NCBI RefSeq assembly: GCF_006345805.1
Contig: NC_043009.1
Span: 42,966,001-43,030,000, forward strand
Reading direction: 5' to 3'
Origin: Octopus sinensis
Taxonomy: Eukaryota
Length of the DNA stretch: 64,000 nt
Each line of letters starts with the position of its first letter. The stretch's first letter is position 1. Positions 14,321 through 27,133 of the stretch are shown piece by piece. The notes under the pieces were generated by a model. The model did not search any database and was not told where the DNA came from. It was given only the letters and a program-made list of their open reading frames with translations. Made by a program: the position numbers and the translations under genes.

Positions 14321-14714
14321 TTTCTACTCTAGGCACAAGGCCTGAAATTTTGGGGGTGGGGGCCAGTCAATTAGATAGACCCCAGTATGCAACTGGTACT
14401 TAATTTATCGATCTCGATAAGATGAAAGGTAGAGTCAACCTCAGCAGAATTTGAAGTCAGAACGTAAAGACAGATGAAATAACTATTTCTTTATTACCCA
14501 CAAGGGGCTAAACACAGAGGGGACAAACAAGGACAGACATAGGTATTAAGTCGATTACATCGACTCCAGTGCGTAACTGGTACTTAATTTATCGACCCCG
14601 AAAGGATGAAAGGCAAAGTCAACCTCAGCAGAATTTGAACTCAGAATGTAAAGACAGATGAAATACCACAAAGCATTTTGCCCAGCTTGCTAACATTTCT
14701 GCCAGCTCGCTGCC
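14321..14714 (-). mobile_element. SINE family B composite copy with duplicated core
   Basis: Two cores separated by an alternative segment (atttctttattacccacaaggggctaaacacag...); head ends gccagctcgctgcc. Confidence 0.8.
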
Positions 14715-14856
14715 TTGCTGTTGAACTATATTACAGAAATGAACCAATATTTACAGGAATTCATAATTGGCACTTCATGAAAATTCTTTCAGTTTGTTAC
14801 ATTTTTTGTTGCAGTTACTTTTGTTCCCTTTCATCTCCTTGTATCACGTCTCTGTT

Positions 14857-14897
<41 letters not shown>

Positions 14898-15051
14898 CTC
14901 CATCTCACACTCACTCTCTCTTGATAGCCTTTCCAACAAAGTTATGTATCCTTCCAGATGTTCCAATTTGGAATGGAATGGATTTAGTGACATTTCTTAT
15001 ACAGATCAGTTGCTTCAGTTAGTTGCATTCATCACTATACTTTAAAAATTC

Positions 15052-15090
<39 letters not shown>

Positions 15091-15194
15091 ATACTACTGC
15101 TACCGCTGCTGCTGCTGCTTTTGCTACTACTACTACCAGAAAGAGAAAGAATGAGATGGATGGGTGTTAGCAAAAATAAGAGTACTTAATATCA

Positions 15195-17211
15195 GGTTAA
15201 AAGGCTGGCAATTTTGAGGAAGTGTATTAGTCAATTACATCAACTCCAGTGTTCAACTGGTAATCATTTTATCGACCATAAAAGGATGAAAGGCGAGTCA
15301 ACCCTGGCAGGATTTGAACTCAGAACATAAAGTCAGAAGAAACACTACTAAGCAATTTATTCAATATGGTAAGGATGCTATCAGCTCTCTACTTTGAGAG
15401 AACTTAATATGGGTTTCAAATTTTGGCACAATGTCAGTAATTTTAGGGAAGGGCCTAAGTCAATTACATCAACCCCAGTGATCAACTGGTACCTGTTTTA
15501 TAGAACTCCAGGAATATCAAAAGGCAAAGTCAACCTCAGTGGAGCTTCATCTCAGAAAGTAAAGACAGATAAAATACCACTAAGCTAACAATTCTGACAC
15601 CTCACCACCTTAAGAAAACTGAATATTGGTTAAAAATGATGGCACAAAGCCAGCAAATTTAAGACAGGAGGTAAAGCAATTATACCAATCGCAGTGCTCA
15701 ATTGGTACTTATTTTATCGACCCTGAAAAGATGAAAGACAAAGGTGCAGGAGTGGCTGTGTGGTAAGTAGCTTGTTTACCAACCACATGGTTCCAGGTTC
15801 AGTCCCAGTGCGTGGCACCTTGGGCAAGTGTCTTCTACTATAGCCTCGGGCCGACCAAAGCCTTGTGAGTGGATTTGGTAGACAGAAACTGAAAGAAGCC
15901 CGTCGTATATATGTACATATATATATGCATGTGTGTGTTTGTGTATCTGTGTTTGTCCCCCTAGCATTGCTTGACAACTGATGCTGGTGTGTTTATGCCC
16001 CCGTTACTTAGCGGTTCGGCAAAAGAGACCGATAGAATAAGTACTGGGCTTACAAAAGAATGAGTCCCGGGGTCGAGTTGCTCGATTAAAGGCGGTGCTC
16101 CAGCATGGCCGCAGTCAAATGACTGAAACAAGTAAAAGAGTAAAAGAGTAAGAGTAAAGTCAATCTCAGAGGAATCTGGACCCAGAATGTAAATGGACAA
16201 GAGACTGTTAAGCATTTAGTCCAGTGCAGGAATGATTCTGTCAGCTCACCACCTTAAGAATTCTTAAGAATGGTTTCAAATTTTGACACAAGACTAGCAA
16301 TTTTTAGGGAGGGGGTATGTTGGTTACCTTGACTCCAGTGTTCAGCTAGTACTTATTTTATTGACCCTCAAAAGGATGAAAGGCAAAGTTGACCTCAGCA
16401 GGAATTTGAACTCAGAATGTAAAGACAGACGAAATGTCGTTAAGCATTTTGTCTGGCATACAAATGATTCTGCCATCTCACCATCGTATAAGAATATTAA
16501 ATATTTATTTCTTTATTTCCAACAGGGGGTCTAAACATAGAAGGGACAAAAAAGGACAGACAAAGGGATTAAGGCAATTACATTCGCCCCCAGTGTCATA
16601 ACTGGTACTTATTTAATCAACCCTGAAAGTATGAAGGGCAAAGTTGACCTCAGTGGGATTTGAACTCAAACATAATGGCAGACAAAATGCTGCTGAGCAT
16701 TTTGTCCGGCATTCTAACGATTCTGCCAGCTCGCAACTCTAAGAATATTAAATATTCTTTTCTTCTACTCTAGGCACAAGGCCCGAAATTTTTAGGGAAG
16801 GGGCCAGTTGATTGGATCAACTCCAGTATGTAACTGGTACTTAATTTATCGACTCCAAAAGGATGAAAGGCAAAGTTGACCTTGGTGGAATTTGAACTCA
16901 GAATGTAATGGCAGACAAAATACTATTTCTTTACTACCCACAAGGGGCTAAACATAGATGGGACAAACAAGGACAGACATAGGTATTAAGTCAATTACTC
17001 GACCCCCAAGTGCGTAACTGGTACTTAATTTCTCGACCGCCCGAAAGGATGAAAGGAAAGTCGACCTCGGCGGAATTTGAACTCAGAAAGTTAACGGTAG
17101 AAAGGAAAAGGCTAAGCATTTCACCAGCGTGGTAACGGTTTTTCTGCCACTCGCCGCAGACAAAATACGCTAACATTTCACCTGTTCTAACGTTTCTGCC
17201 AGCTCACCACC
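15195..17211 (-). mobile_element. Head-to-tail array of about 7 SINE-B units
   Basis: Repeated core every ~200-260 bp, all on the same strand, often linked by ttaagaat(att). Confidence 0.85.
15743..16156 (+). mobile_element. SINE family A full copy nested inside a SINE-B unit
   Basis: SINE-B core is broken at atgaaagacaaa| and resumes at aaagtcaatctcagagg after the SINE-A tail. Confidence 0.88.
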
Positions 17212-17329
17212 TTAAGAATATTGAATATTGAGTGCAAAATATTAATAGTATTTTTGAGGAAGGGGAGCTCAGCTGACTAAGGGGAGACAATATAAGTATA
17301 AGATATAAGGGTGGAGTGTGTAAGAATAA

Positions 17330-18060
17330 GAGTAACAGAAAAAGAGAGAGTGAGAGAGTAATAAAAAAAAAGGGGGTTTTGAGAGTGAAAGAATATTATT
17401 CACTGAGAGAGAGGGAGGAGAGAAGGGAGAAAGAGAGAGGAGATAGAGGAGAAAGAGATGGGTGAATGTGTATGAGAACATGAGCTGGAGGGGAAGAGAA
17501 AGTAGAGAGATGGGGGAGAGAAAGAAAGAGAGGGAGAAGGAAAGAAAATAGAGGGAGAGGGGGAGAGAGATGGTAGGAGGGAGAGAGAGAAGGGATTTAA
17601 GAGAGAGTAGAAAAGTTTGAGAAGTAACTGAGAGAGAGAGAGGGGGTAGGAGAGTGAAAGAGAGAGGCTAATAAGACTAGTGAGAAATAGAAGGATGAAA
17701 GAAAGAGGGGTCTGTGAAGAAGTAGTTTCAGAAGAAGTAAGGAAAGAAAGAAATGCAGAAGGAGTAATAGAGAGAAGAATGGAGAATGAGAGAGAGAGGA
17801 AAAGAGAGACAGAGGTGAGAGAAAGGGGAGAAGAAGGTAAAGAGAGTTATCAGAGTTATTAGGGAGTAAACAAGAGTAAAAGAAAGGTTGACAAAGAGAC
17901 AGAAAAGGGCAGGGGTGAGTACCACCACGACCACCACAATAAAAAAAAAGACAATTAAAAATTTTAACACAGTAAACAGGAAAGAATAGGAAAGAAATGC
18001 GAGTGGGTGGAGGGGAAGGAGATAGGGGAAAGGAGGAGGAGGAGGAGGGAGAGGAAGAGA
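17330..18060 (+). repeat. Purine-rich (GA) low-complexity tract
   Basis: Predominantly A/G on the plus strand over ~700 bp. Confidence 0.9.
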
Positions 18061-18661
18061 CAAAACAACAACAATAATGAAAAAGACAACAGGTAAGGGC
18101 AGGGGATGAGGGTAATTGGGATGGGGGAGGTGTTATGGAAAATGATCCAAACGAAGCAAAAATTCAAAAACTAAACTTTTCTAAATTTTAATTTTAAATT
18201 TTGAAAAAGGGAGGGAATTATTGTAAACAAGCATCGTGTTAAAATATTTCCGATGATAGATTCTTTACCAATTTTTGATGTTTTTTTTTTATTTTGGTAG
18301 AGGGGGAAAAAAAAACAAAAAAATTTTAAAAAAGGATGACATTTCTGCTGATAACAACTGTCAATTCACAAGAAATTCTTTTCTTTTTTCCTTTTCCCTG
18401 TTTATTTATTTATTTATTTTTTACCTTTGATTATTAATTTCCTTCTTGAAATTTTAGAATAACCCTACACCTCCCCTTTCTAAATCATTACCATATGCTC
18501 CGAAGAAACCCCACCTGTTTGTTGTTGGGGGTTTATTATAAAAATGAAATAAAATAAATTAAAATTAAAACAAAAGATTATTATTACTATTACTATTATT
18601 ATTATTTAAAAGAAATCCTTAAAATAAATGATAATAATAATAACAATTATTATTATCATCA

Positions 18662-18711
<50 letters not shown>

Positions 18712-19389
18712 ATCATCATTATTATTATTATTATTATTATTATCAATTTTACTTTATTTTAAATTATTTTAGTTGTTAAAAATTTAATTTAATTAAAATT
18801 CCTATCTTTTACAGTATTTTCATTATTTCTTTCTTCTTTATTATATGAGTGCATGTGTGTGTGTGTTTGTGTGTGTTTGTGTGTGTGTGTGCGTGTTTTG
18901 GCAGGGTGGGGGGCGACTTCATGTGTTCCTGTCAAACAAGTTCTGTTATATTTCTTTTTGTATTTTGTTTCATTTCCAGAAGAAACACCAAAATAATGCA
19001 AGGCCAACAATTCATAGATAAGTCAGTCACCCCCATGAGAATTAAAACCTTGCATACATGAAGCAAAGATTTTAGTAAATATTTCAACAAACCAACTTGT
19101 AAGTTCATCTTTTTTTATATATCTAACTCATTAGAGCTACAAGTAGGAAGTGGATGAAAACAACCTCTTCCTTTCAATTGGTCTCTTACTTAGGTCCCAT
19201 AAGGCCAGAGCTTAATTTGCCTTCCATAGAATACAGGTAACTGTGATTACAATACTTCCTCCTGGATAGGATGACAGTCCATTAGAAGGTTAACTTCCCA
19301 GTTTTTTCTGGAACTCATTTATAGTTGAGTAGTCTGGAGTAACATGAAATGAAGTGTTTTGCTCAAGAACATGATGCATCACCCACATG

Positions 19390-19606
19390 TGTGGTGCCAC
19401 ATAAAAGCACCCATGTAGTGCCATGTAAAAATGTGCATGTGGTGTCATGTAAAAGCAACCAGTATAGTCTGTAAAGTGGTTGGCTTTAGGAAGGACATCC
19501 AGCCATGGAAACTATACCGAATCAGACTGGACTTTGGTGAAGCTCCCCACTTTACCAGCCCCGGCCAAATCATTCAACTCATGCCAGCATGGACAACAGA
19601 TGTTAA

Positions 19607-19639
<33 letters not shown>

Positions 19640-19643
19640 TTGT

Positions 19644-19698
<55 letters not shown>

Positions 19699-19740
19699 AA
19701 TGAAGTTGATGATGATAATGATGATGATGATGATGATGAA
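19390..19740 (+). mobile_element. SINE family D copy ending in an expanded (GAT)n tail
   Basis: ctgtaaagtggttggc.ttaggaagg.catccagc ... catggacaacagatgttaaatgatgatgat; homologous to copies at 42994-43106 and 45350-46580. Confidence 0.75.
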
Positions 19741-20277
19741 CCTAATAATCATGAATGAACAACCTAACCACTAAATAAAGCACCTTCACTGATTGGTCAA
19801 TAGCCTTCTTGAAGTAACTCTTCCTGCAAATCACTTTCTGTCACAACTTTGGTAGAATTAAAAATTAGACAACTTGAGTTAAATGCTTCATTTCAAGATA
19901 CAGTACAATTTTTTTGTTCCTTTTAAATAATAACATTTAGCTAATCCATTAAGTTTATTGGTTTGTTAGTAGTTTTATTAATTCCTGCTTATCCTTGCTA
20001 GCAAAGATTTTAATGGGGAGTTATTTGAGGAGAGCAATTTTAGGGTTCAGTGCTCTTCTGGTTGCTTTCCCTTACTTGGTTTTAAGTGAGGGAATATTCT
20101 GTTTTGGTGGACTTTGAAAGAGCACAGTGGTCAGTAAAAATAACCACAAGGAATGTTGACTTCACCACCATGTCACTGAAGATGAGACAAACATGGATTA
20201 TCAACAGTCATGCATACTTGAAAATACACACATGCACACATACATGTACCTGCCCACACCCACTTATATATTTATAA

Positions 20278-20310
<33 letters not shown>

Positions 20311-20329
20311 GATAGATAGATAGATAGAC

Positions 20330-20485
20330 AGGTGGTGTAGACAACAAACAGATGTATTAGTATAATGCTTGGGAAGTGAAAAAGTCTTTAACGTTTCGAG
20401 CCTACGCTCTTCCACAGAAAGGAGCACAGAAAGAAACAAGGAGAGTAAATAAAGAATGTGTAGTGGCTAGCGATCTAGGATGGGA
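20330..20485 (-). mobile_element. Probable Penelope-like terminal remnant with hammerhead-like motif
   Basis: Minus strand ccttt-CTGTGGA-a-GAGC-gtag-GCTC-GAA-ACGT-t-aaag; homologous copy at 37378-37525. Confidence 0.45.
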
Positions 20486-20504
20486 ATAAAAACCTCTAAG
20501 GTAA

Positions 20505-20685
20505 TAATTAATTATTAAAATTATAATTAAGGGTATCTAAGAGATAGCACCATGCTAGAAATAGCAGCCAAAACTCCTGGTGATGAATGAACATTCAATG
20601 TGGATTCAGAGTCAAGTTTTGGCTGCTATTTCTAGCGGAGTGGTATCTCTTAGATACCCTTAATTATAATTCTAATAATTAATTA
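20505..20685. mobile_element. 181-bp fold-back (MITE-like)
   Basis: ~70-bp inverted arms taattaattatta.aattataattaagggtatctaagagata...gctagaaatagcagccaaaact; ~40-nt spacer. Confidence 0.7.
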
Positions 20686-20819
20686 TATATGTACGTATGT
20701 ATGTACTAACAAAGCTTTAGTTTCACCCAGGGTTATAGTAAACAAGTATAATTCTGCTATAATTCATGGTTGACCAAAGCCTAATGATAGGATTTATTAG
20801 GAGACCGAAAGAAGCCCAT

Positions 20820-20857
<38 letters not shown>

Positions 20858-21192
20858 CTCACACACATAAGTATAAATGCATGTATATACACATTCACAC
20901 ATACATATATCTATATACATATAAATATATATCATTGTGTGTGTGTGTGTATGTACATGTTCAGTTAATTATATAATGGCAATCACCAAACGGTTCTAAA
21001 CAGTTTCTTTTATATTCTTTTTATAGAAAAAAATCTAACTCCTCACAACCCCCAAGTTGCACCACAATCACATACACACAGGCACTCCCTCTCTCTTTTC
21101 TTCTCTTCCTCTACCCCTCCCTCTGTCCATCTCCTTTTCTCTTTCTCTCCCTCTAAACAACATCTAAAAAAATCAATTAAAACAATAATAAC

Positions 21193-21257
<65 letters not shown>

Positions 21258-23296
21258 TTGGAAAAAATATGCAACTGTTAAGATGATAGGATAAAGAATA
21301 ATAAAAAGAATCCATTTGGAACAGGAATGTAAGGTGTGGTGCCGAATTGCAAGGTAGCAGAAAAGGAATATAAAAAAAAGAAAATCCCAAAATGTCAAAA
21401 TAAGAGAAAAAAAAATTCTTTGACCTCTGTCTAATCCTACTTCAAAGATAAATAATAGCTTGTCAGGGATTTTATTTTATTTCTTTATTCCATTATTTTA
21501 TTTATTTACTCTTTTATTTATTTTTTTGTAGAGGGCTCGGATGGAATGGGTGGGATTGGGTGTTAGTCATTTTTTTGTACTTTTATAAATGGTTGTTTAT
21601 TATTTTTTTCTTTTTACAATTTTCTCTAATTCTCGATTTAGTCAGAATAAAGGAAGAAAATGTTCTCAACGTATTAGCACTTAATTTCCTTGCCAATTCC
21701 AGACTTTTCTATATTGCTTGATATTTAGAACAATGGGTGGGTTTTTTTCTGTTTCTTTTTGTCTATTTTTCGCTGGCCGAAAATGGTCTCCATATTTATG
21801 CAGTGAATAGAATCAAACTGTTCCATTCAAGAAAGTTAAGAGATGCTTTGTATTGGTTCCACTGCATATATTTCTACCAAATCATACAGATGAATATGCT
21901 CTCACAATCTCAGCGTTGTAAAATTGCTTATTCAATCATTAGAATAATTACAAGACTTCATATATATATATATATATATATATATAGATTGACTATTCAA
22001 TAGAAGTGAACAAGAAAACTGGAAGAGTGAAGAACTGAACATAATTGTCCGAAGACAATTCCAACTGCTCTAACAAGTATTATCTCTTTAAATATTTTTT
22101 TTTTCTAATCTTTGCATGTTTTATTTTCTTATATATTAGTTCAAAAGTAAATATCTTTACAATATTTATAAGAGAAGGGGGTAGTCTGGGTATATAAATT
22201 TTTTTTTTCCCCACTCAATATTAATAATTAGGAACCGGGAAAATGGTAAAATGATGAGGTAAAGATATTCAGGATATGAAAGAGAAAAAAAATTGGATAT
22301 TCAATAGCAAACACCGTGAGATTTAGAATGATTTTCCTCTGTTATGTCTTCAGAATTTTCCAAAGACTTATATGTGGGATTCTACATATTATTCAGAACT
22401 ATAATAGCCATAATAGGTACAGTAATATACATAAAAAAACATATTATAGAAACTAATTGATACTGGTTAAGCATTTCTATTTCCTTTCTCTTTTACAAAA
22501 TGCTCACATGCATTACACACACACACATATGTATATATGCATATATACATAAGTGTGCATGTCTGTGCATGTCTGTGTAAAAGAATGCAGTTAATGAAGA
22601 AACACAATACGTACATGTATAAAAATACATTTATGTTTTGGAGTGAAATATAAAAAGAACAAGTGTCTGTCTATCTTTCTATCTATCTATCGACCTATCT
22701 AAAATAAATTTATATGTAATTATGTATATTATATGCACACACACACACACACACACATATAATATACAGAATATATCTCTATGCACAAATATATAAGGTC
22801 GTATGTGAGTGTGAATATATAATGGAATGTATCTATATATACTTTTGAATTATGCATAAACAGTAAATGCATATGTTCATATATATACATACGTATATGT
22901 GTGTATGTGTGTGTATGTGTGTGTATGTGTGTATGTATGTGTGTGCGCGTGTGTGTGTAGACACACACATATATTATATCTATGCACTCAGTAAATGTTA
23001 AATGTATGAATACATACAGGCACCCGTAGTGCCTTCACATATATGACTGTACATCACACACACACACACACATACACACACACACACATACACACATACA
23101 CATACAGACACTCATTTATAGCAGAATGATTATATGATTACATAAATATGCTTTGTGTTTATATATGTGAATGCATATATGCTCCAATTGAGTATACATT
23201 GCATATACATATAAAAGCATATATTCTATATTCATGCATACCATCATTGCCATCATCATCATCATCATCATCGTCATCATCATCGTCATCATCATT

Positions 23297-23331
<35 letters not shown>

Positions 23332-23773
23332 GGTTTTCATTACATTTTCCGTAGCTAACTGCTGCATTGTGTCATGCCTCTTATTGCAATTCATCATCAT
23401 TTGATGCTCAAAATACTCTTCAAACACCAATTTATATTTTTTGCATATGTACATTTTTTCTTTTTCCTTTTCTTTTTTTTTTTTTTTTTTTTGCTAGGGT
23501 TTCATTCATCCTCTGACCAATTCCATTACAAGATGGACAAAGTGTATTTCAGCCCCCACCGAAAAAGTATATTTGCCAGAAATAAAACAGCCTCTATATA
23601 CTGTATGTGTTTATATTCAAAACTATGGCTCTCTTTGATAGAATGCCTTCCTGTATAATTTTGTTCTAAGCAGAGGTTTGAAGTTGAATGCTTTGTCTAA
23701 TGCCTACAACTTAATGGCTTAAGGCTGATGCAATTTTATCCTGCTACTGACACCAAAGATATTGTCAGAAATA

Positions 23774-24267
23774 TTGGGTTGGCAGCTAAGTTCCCGCTGT
23801 TTTTTTAAATTTAAATATTTGAAAAGGTTTAATAAAAACTAACAACTAATTATTCAATAATGCATTCGACCTTTATTGTTTACAACTTCTTCCCAAAGTT
23901 CAACAAGATTTTCCATACCTCATTGGTAGAAATCACCCGATTTCGACTCAAAAACTTGGTCCAACCTAGATCTCAATTTCTGCATCAGTATTGAACAAAA
24001 CTCTGTGCATAGCATCTGAAAGAGATAAAAAGAGGTGGAAATCCATTGGTGCTAAATCAGGAGAGTACGGCAGGTGTGGCAGCACTTCTCAGCCATGCGT
24101 CTGAATGGTTTCCTTGGTCATATTGGCGATACGAGGGTGGGCATTGTCGTGCAGCAGGACTCCAAAAAGAAGACAAAATAGATTCCAAAATGATTCAAAA
24201 ATAGAATCCTCGGAAAAAAATAGATTCCAAAATTTAAAAAACAGAAGGAACTTAGTTGCCAACCCAA
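23774..24267 (-). mobile_element. Internally deleted mariner (DD34D) element, 494 bp
   Basis: TIRs ttgggttggca(g/a)ctaagttcc..ctgttttttaaatt; TA at 23772-3 and 24268-9; minus-strand LLHDNAHPR...PHLPYSPDLAPMDFHLF with 34 residues between the last two D. Confidence 0.92.
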
Positions 24268-24319
24268 TACATTATTGTGCCTACAGATTATATGTATGTA
24301 TGTATATATATATATATGT

Positions 24320-24353
<34 letters not shown>

Positions 24354-24408
24354 GTGTATGTATACATACATATATATATATATATACATACACACACACA
24401 AACACATA

Positions 24409-25679
24409 TTGGATCATCCCATACATAATGTGGTTATTTTATACTTCTTTTATTTTTCAAAATTAAGATAAACAAAGTTCTTTTTTAGTCTAAAATATAC
24501 TCTTCTTCATTTTCTAAGATGCTCTTCCATCTATCTGGTAGACTTGCAAGGCTACCGCTTCCAAAATTCATTTCTCTATGATGAAAAATACTCCTCCAGT
24601 ATGTTCTGACCTTATATGCAGAATTCATATTTTTTCCATCCCAATGATTTTGAAGACTGCGGAATAAATGGTAATCAGAATATGGTAGGTGGGGCATCGT
24701 TTCTCATTAAAACTGCTCCAACTTTTGAAGTGTCATCTTCACTGTATGTAGCCAAGCATTATCCTGATGGAAGAACACCTTTTGTCTTGAAACCAAAGCT
24801 GGTCATTTTTCTTCTAGTGCTGACTTTAGCTGCTCAAGCAGCTTGCAGTATATCTCCTTTGTTATCATTTGGCTTGGGTTTAAAAGTTCAAAATGGACTA
24901 AACCTTTCATATCCCACCGAACAGATAGCAACATCTTACCTGGGTGAAGACCTTGTTTAGCCTGGAGTGCCAGTGTTTCTCCTTTCCTTACCCACTCTCT
25001 TGAGCACTTGACATTTTTATAGAGAACCCATTTCTCATTACCAGTCACCATTCAGCCTAAAAATGGTTCATTCATGAGATGTGACAGCAAATAAGAGCAC
25101 ACATTCACTCTCTGTGCACGATTAGACTTACAAAGTTTGTGAGGGACCCATTGACCCAATTTACTGACTTTTCTGATGGCACACAGGTATTGATGAATGG
25201 TAGATTGATCAAATCCAAGCTTCTCTGCTAGTTTGTCAACAGTTACGATGGGATTTTGTCCTACCAGGGTTTGTAGGACGTCCTTATCAAGCTCTACAGT
25301 TCTTCCTGGATGAGGCTCATCTTCTAGGCTGTACTTTCTGGCTTGGAATTTCTGTAACCATCGTTGACACTGGCTTATACTTATTGCCCAATCTCCATAT
25401 ACTGCATTAATATTCCTCGCACTTTCCATTGCGTTGTTGCCTTTATTTAACTCATAAAAGCAAAATATGCCAAATATGTTCCTTTGTAACTTCCATTATA
25501 GCTTTCAAGAAATAACTATTAAAATCATACAGTTCTCTTCCAAACTTGTACTAAGAATAGGTACAAGTAAAATTTACTACCTGTTTTTATATCAAGTTGA
25601 TGCAGGTTGTTTATTCCTTCTCCCTCCAATGTTCAGTTCATGCAATAAAAAAATCCACGTTATTTATGGGAGGACTCAA
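24409..25679 (-). mobile_element. Near full-length mariner element, 1271 bp, decayed
   Basis: Imperfect ~28-bp TIRs (ttggatcatcccatacataatgtgg / ttgagtcctcccataaataacgtgg); TA on both sides; internal transposase. Confidence 0.92.
24485..25496 (-). pseudogene. Mariner transposase pseudogene
   Basis: MEVTKEHIWHILL...AVYGD, WVPHKL (WVPHEL motif), MVTGNEKW, HQDNAW, PYS-DYHLFRSLQN (YSPDLAP motif partly deleted); stops and frameshifts. Confidence 0.93.
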
Positions 25680-25725
25680 TATATATATGTATGTGTATGC
25701 ATGTATGTATGTACATATATATACA

Positions 25726-25777
<52 letters not shown>

Positions 25778-26759
25778 ATATATAATATATATATATATAT
25801 GTATATATATGTATGTATGTATATATATTCCAAGAAAGAGGTTGTGAATCCAACCAACTAAGGGATAATAACTATCCAATATACTGCTGGTAGAATACCC
25901 ATGCATGGCAATTACATTACTGAGTGTAATAAATGGGTGAGGGTAAAGAGTTATTTTACTATTAATTAATAGAGCAATATTGCTCTCTATATATATATAA
26001 ATGTGTGCTCAATATAAATGCTGAGAGCTGTATCTTATTTAAGTTAGTCCAGCTCAGTGTTCTGTTCCTCCCGAGTTTCCATACATGCAACAGCTTCTTC
26101 AGAAAAGTCTCTCTTATAGGTCTATAAACATAAAAAGTGATATAACAACTCTACGCCAAACAAGCCATGAAGAACTTATCGATGAGTTTCCAAATTTCCA
26201 AAATGTTTCCACAAAACTTTCTAAAAGAGATCCACTTACCTGCAAAAAATACACACATACTTTTAATAAGAGAAATACCATAGGTAATACAAACCTACTA
26301 ACTAACTAAGCTTTACCACATACTTACATCCTTTTGTGAATCCTTAAAGACCAATCCCCGAAAAGCTGGCATACCAAGTGTCACCTTTACATAAACTGGA
26401 GTGAACTCTGAGTATTAATCTCCACATTTTCAAAACAAAAGATTAATACCCTATTAATATATTATTCTCTAAAAAAAATGACAAATAACCCAAGTGACAG
26501 ATCTGGTGTCCAACTAACTAACTACTTTCTTTTGTGAACACCTATGACCTGAAGATGACACACTTAAAAATACACACCTAATTTCAAAACTTCATGTGCA
26601 TGAATAAGTTCCAACAATTAACACTTCCTCAGATTTACTCAATAAAATTATTTGCATATTATATTGTCACCAAAACCTACCATATGGTACAGTTAGCATT
26701 CAACAGAACTGAAGTTACTCAGGAAAGAATTCTAATTTAACAGATACTATAAAAAGCTA

Positions 26760-27059
26760 GTGGAGGCACATGGCCTAGTGGTTAGAGCAGCGGACTCACG
26801 GTCGAAGGATTGCAGGTTTGAATCTCAGACTGGGCGATGTGTGTGTTTATGAGCAAAACACCTAAGCTCCATGTGGCTCCAGCAGAAGGTAATAGCGAAC
26901 TCCTGCTGACACTTTCACCATAACTTTCTTTTTCTTCCTGCATCTCGCAACTCACCTGTGACAGTCTGGTGTCCCATCCAGGTGGGGAACCTATACGCCA
27001 AGGAAGCCAGGAAACCAGCCCTTATGAACCAGGCATGGCTTGAGAAGGAACAAACAGCA
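26760..27059 (+). mobile_element. SINE family C full copy (tRNA-derived, possibly Arg-like head)
   Basis: A-box tggcctagtgg and B-box-like ggtttgaatct; 11-bp TSD ataaaaagcta (26749-59) / ataaaaatcta (27060-70); head fragment also at 36812-36942. Confidence 0.85.
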
Positions 27060-27090
27060 ATAAAAATCTAAGATGAACTTAACTAAATTA

Positions 27091-27133
27091 CAGTCTGATG
27101 ATGGCTAATGTGACCGAAACTTCAAAGTCAGTC
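27091..27133 (+). ncRNA. Degenerate type I hammerhead-ribozyme-like motif
   Basis: CTGATGA (27095) t-GG..CC GAA ACT-tcaa-AGT-C: intact core and GUC triplet; weak stems I and II. Confidence 0.4.

Noticed and set aside
14321-17211. CRISPR-like or satellite array
   Set aside because: Units are 200-260-bp diverged SINE copies also found dispersed; eukaryotic context; no short repeat-spacer structure.
26760-26835. tRNA gene
   Set aside because: A/B boxes are present, but it continues into a SINE body with TSDs and lacks a clean acceptor stem; it is a SINE head.
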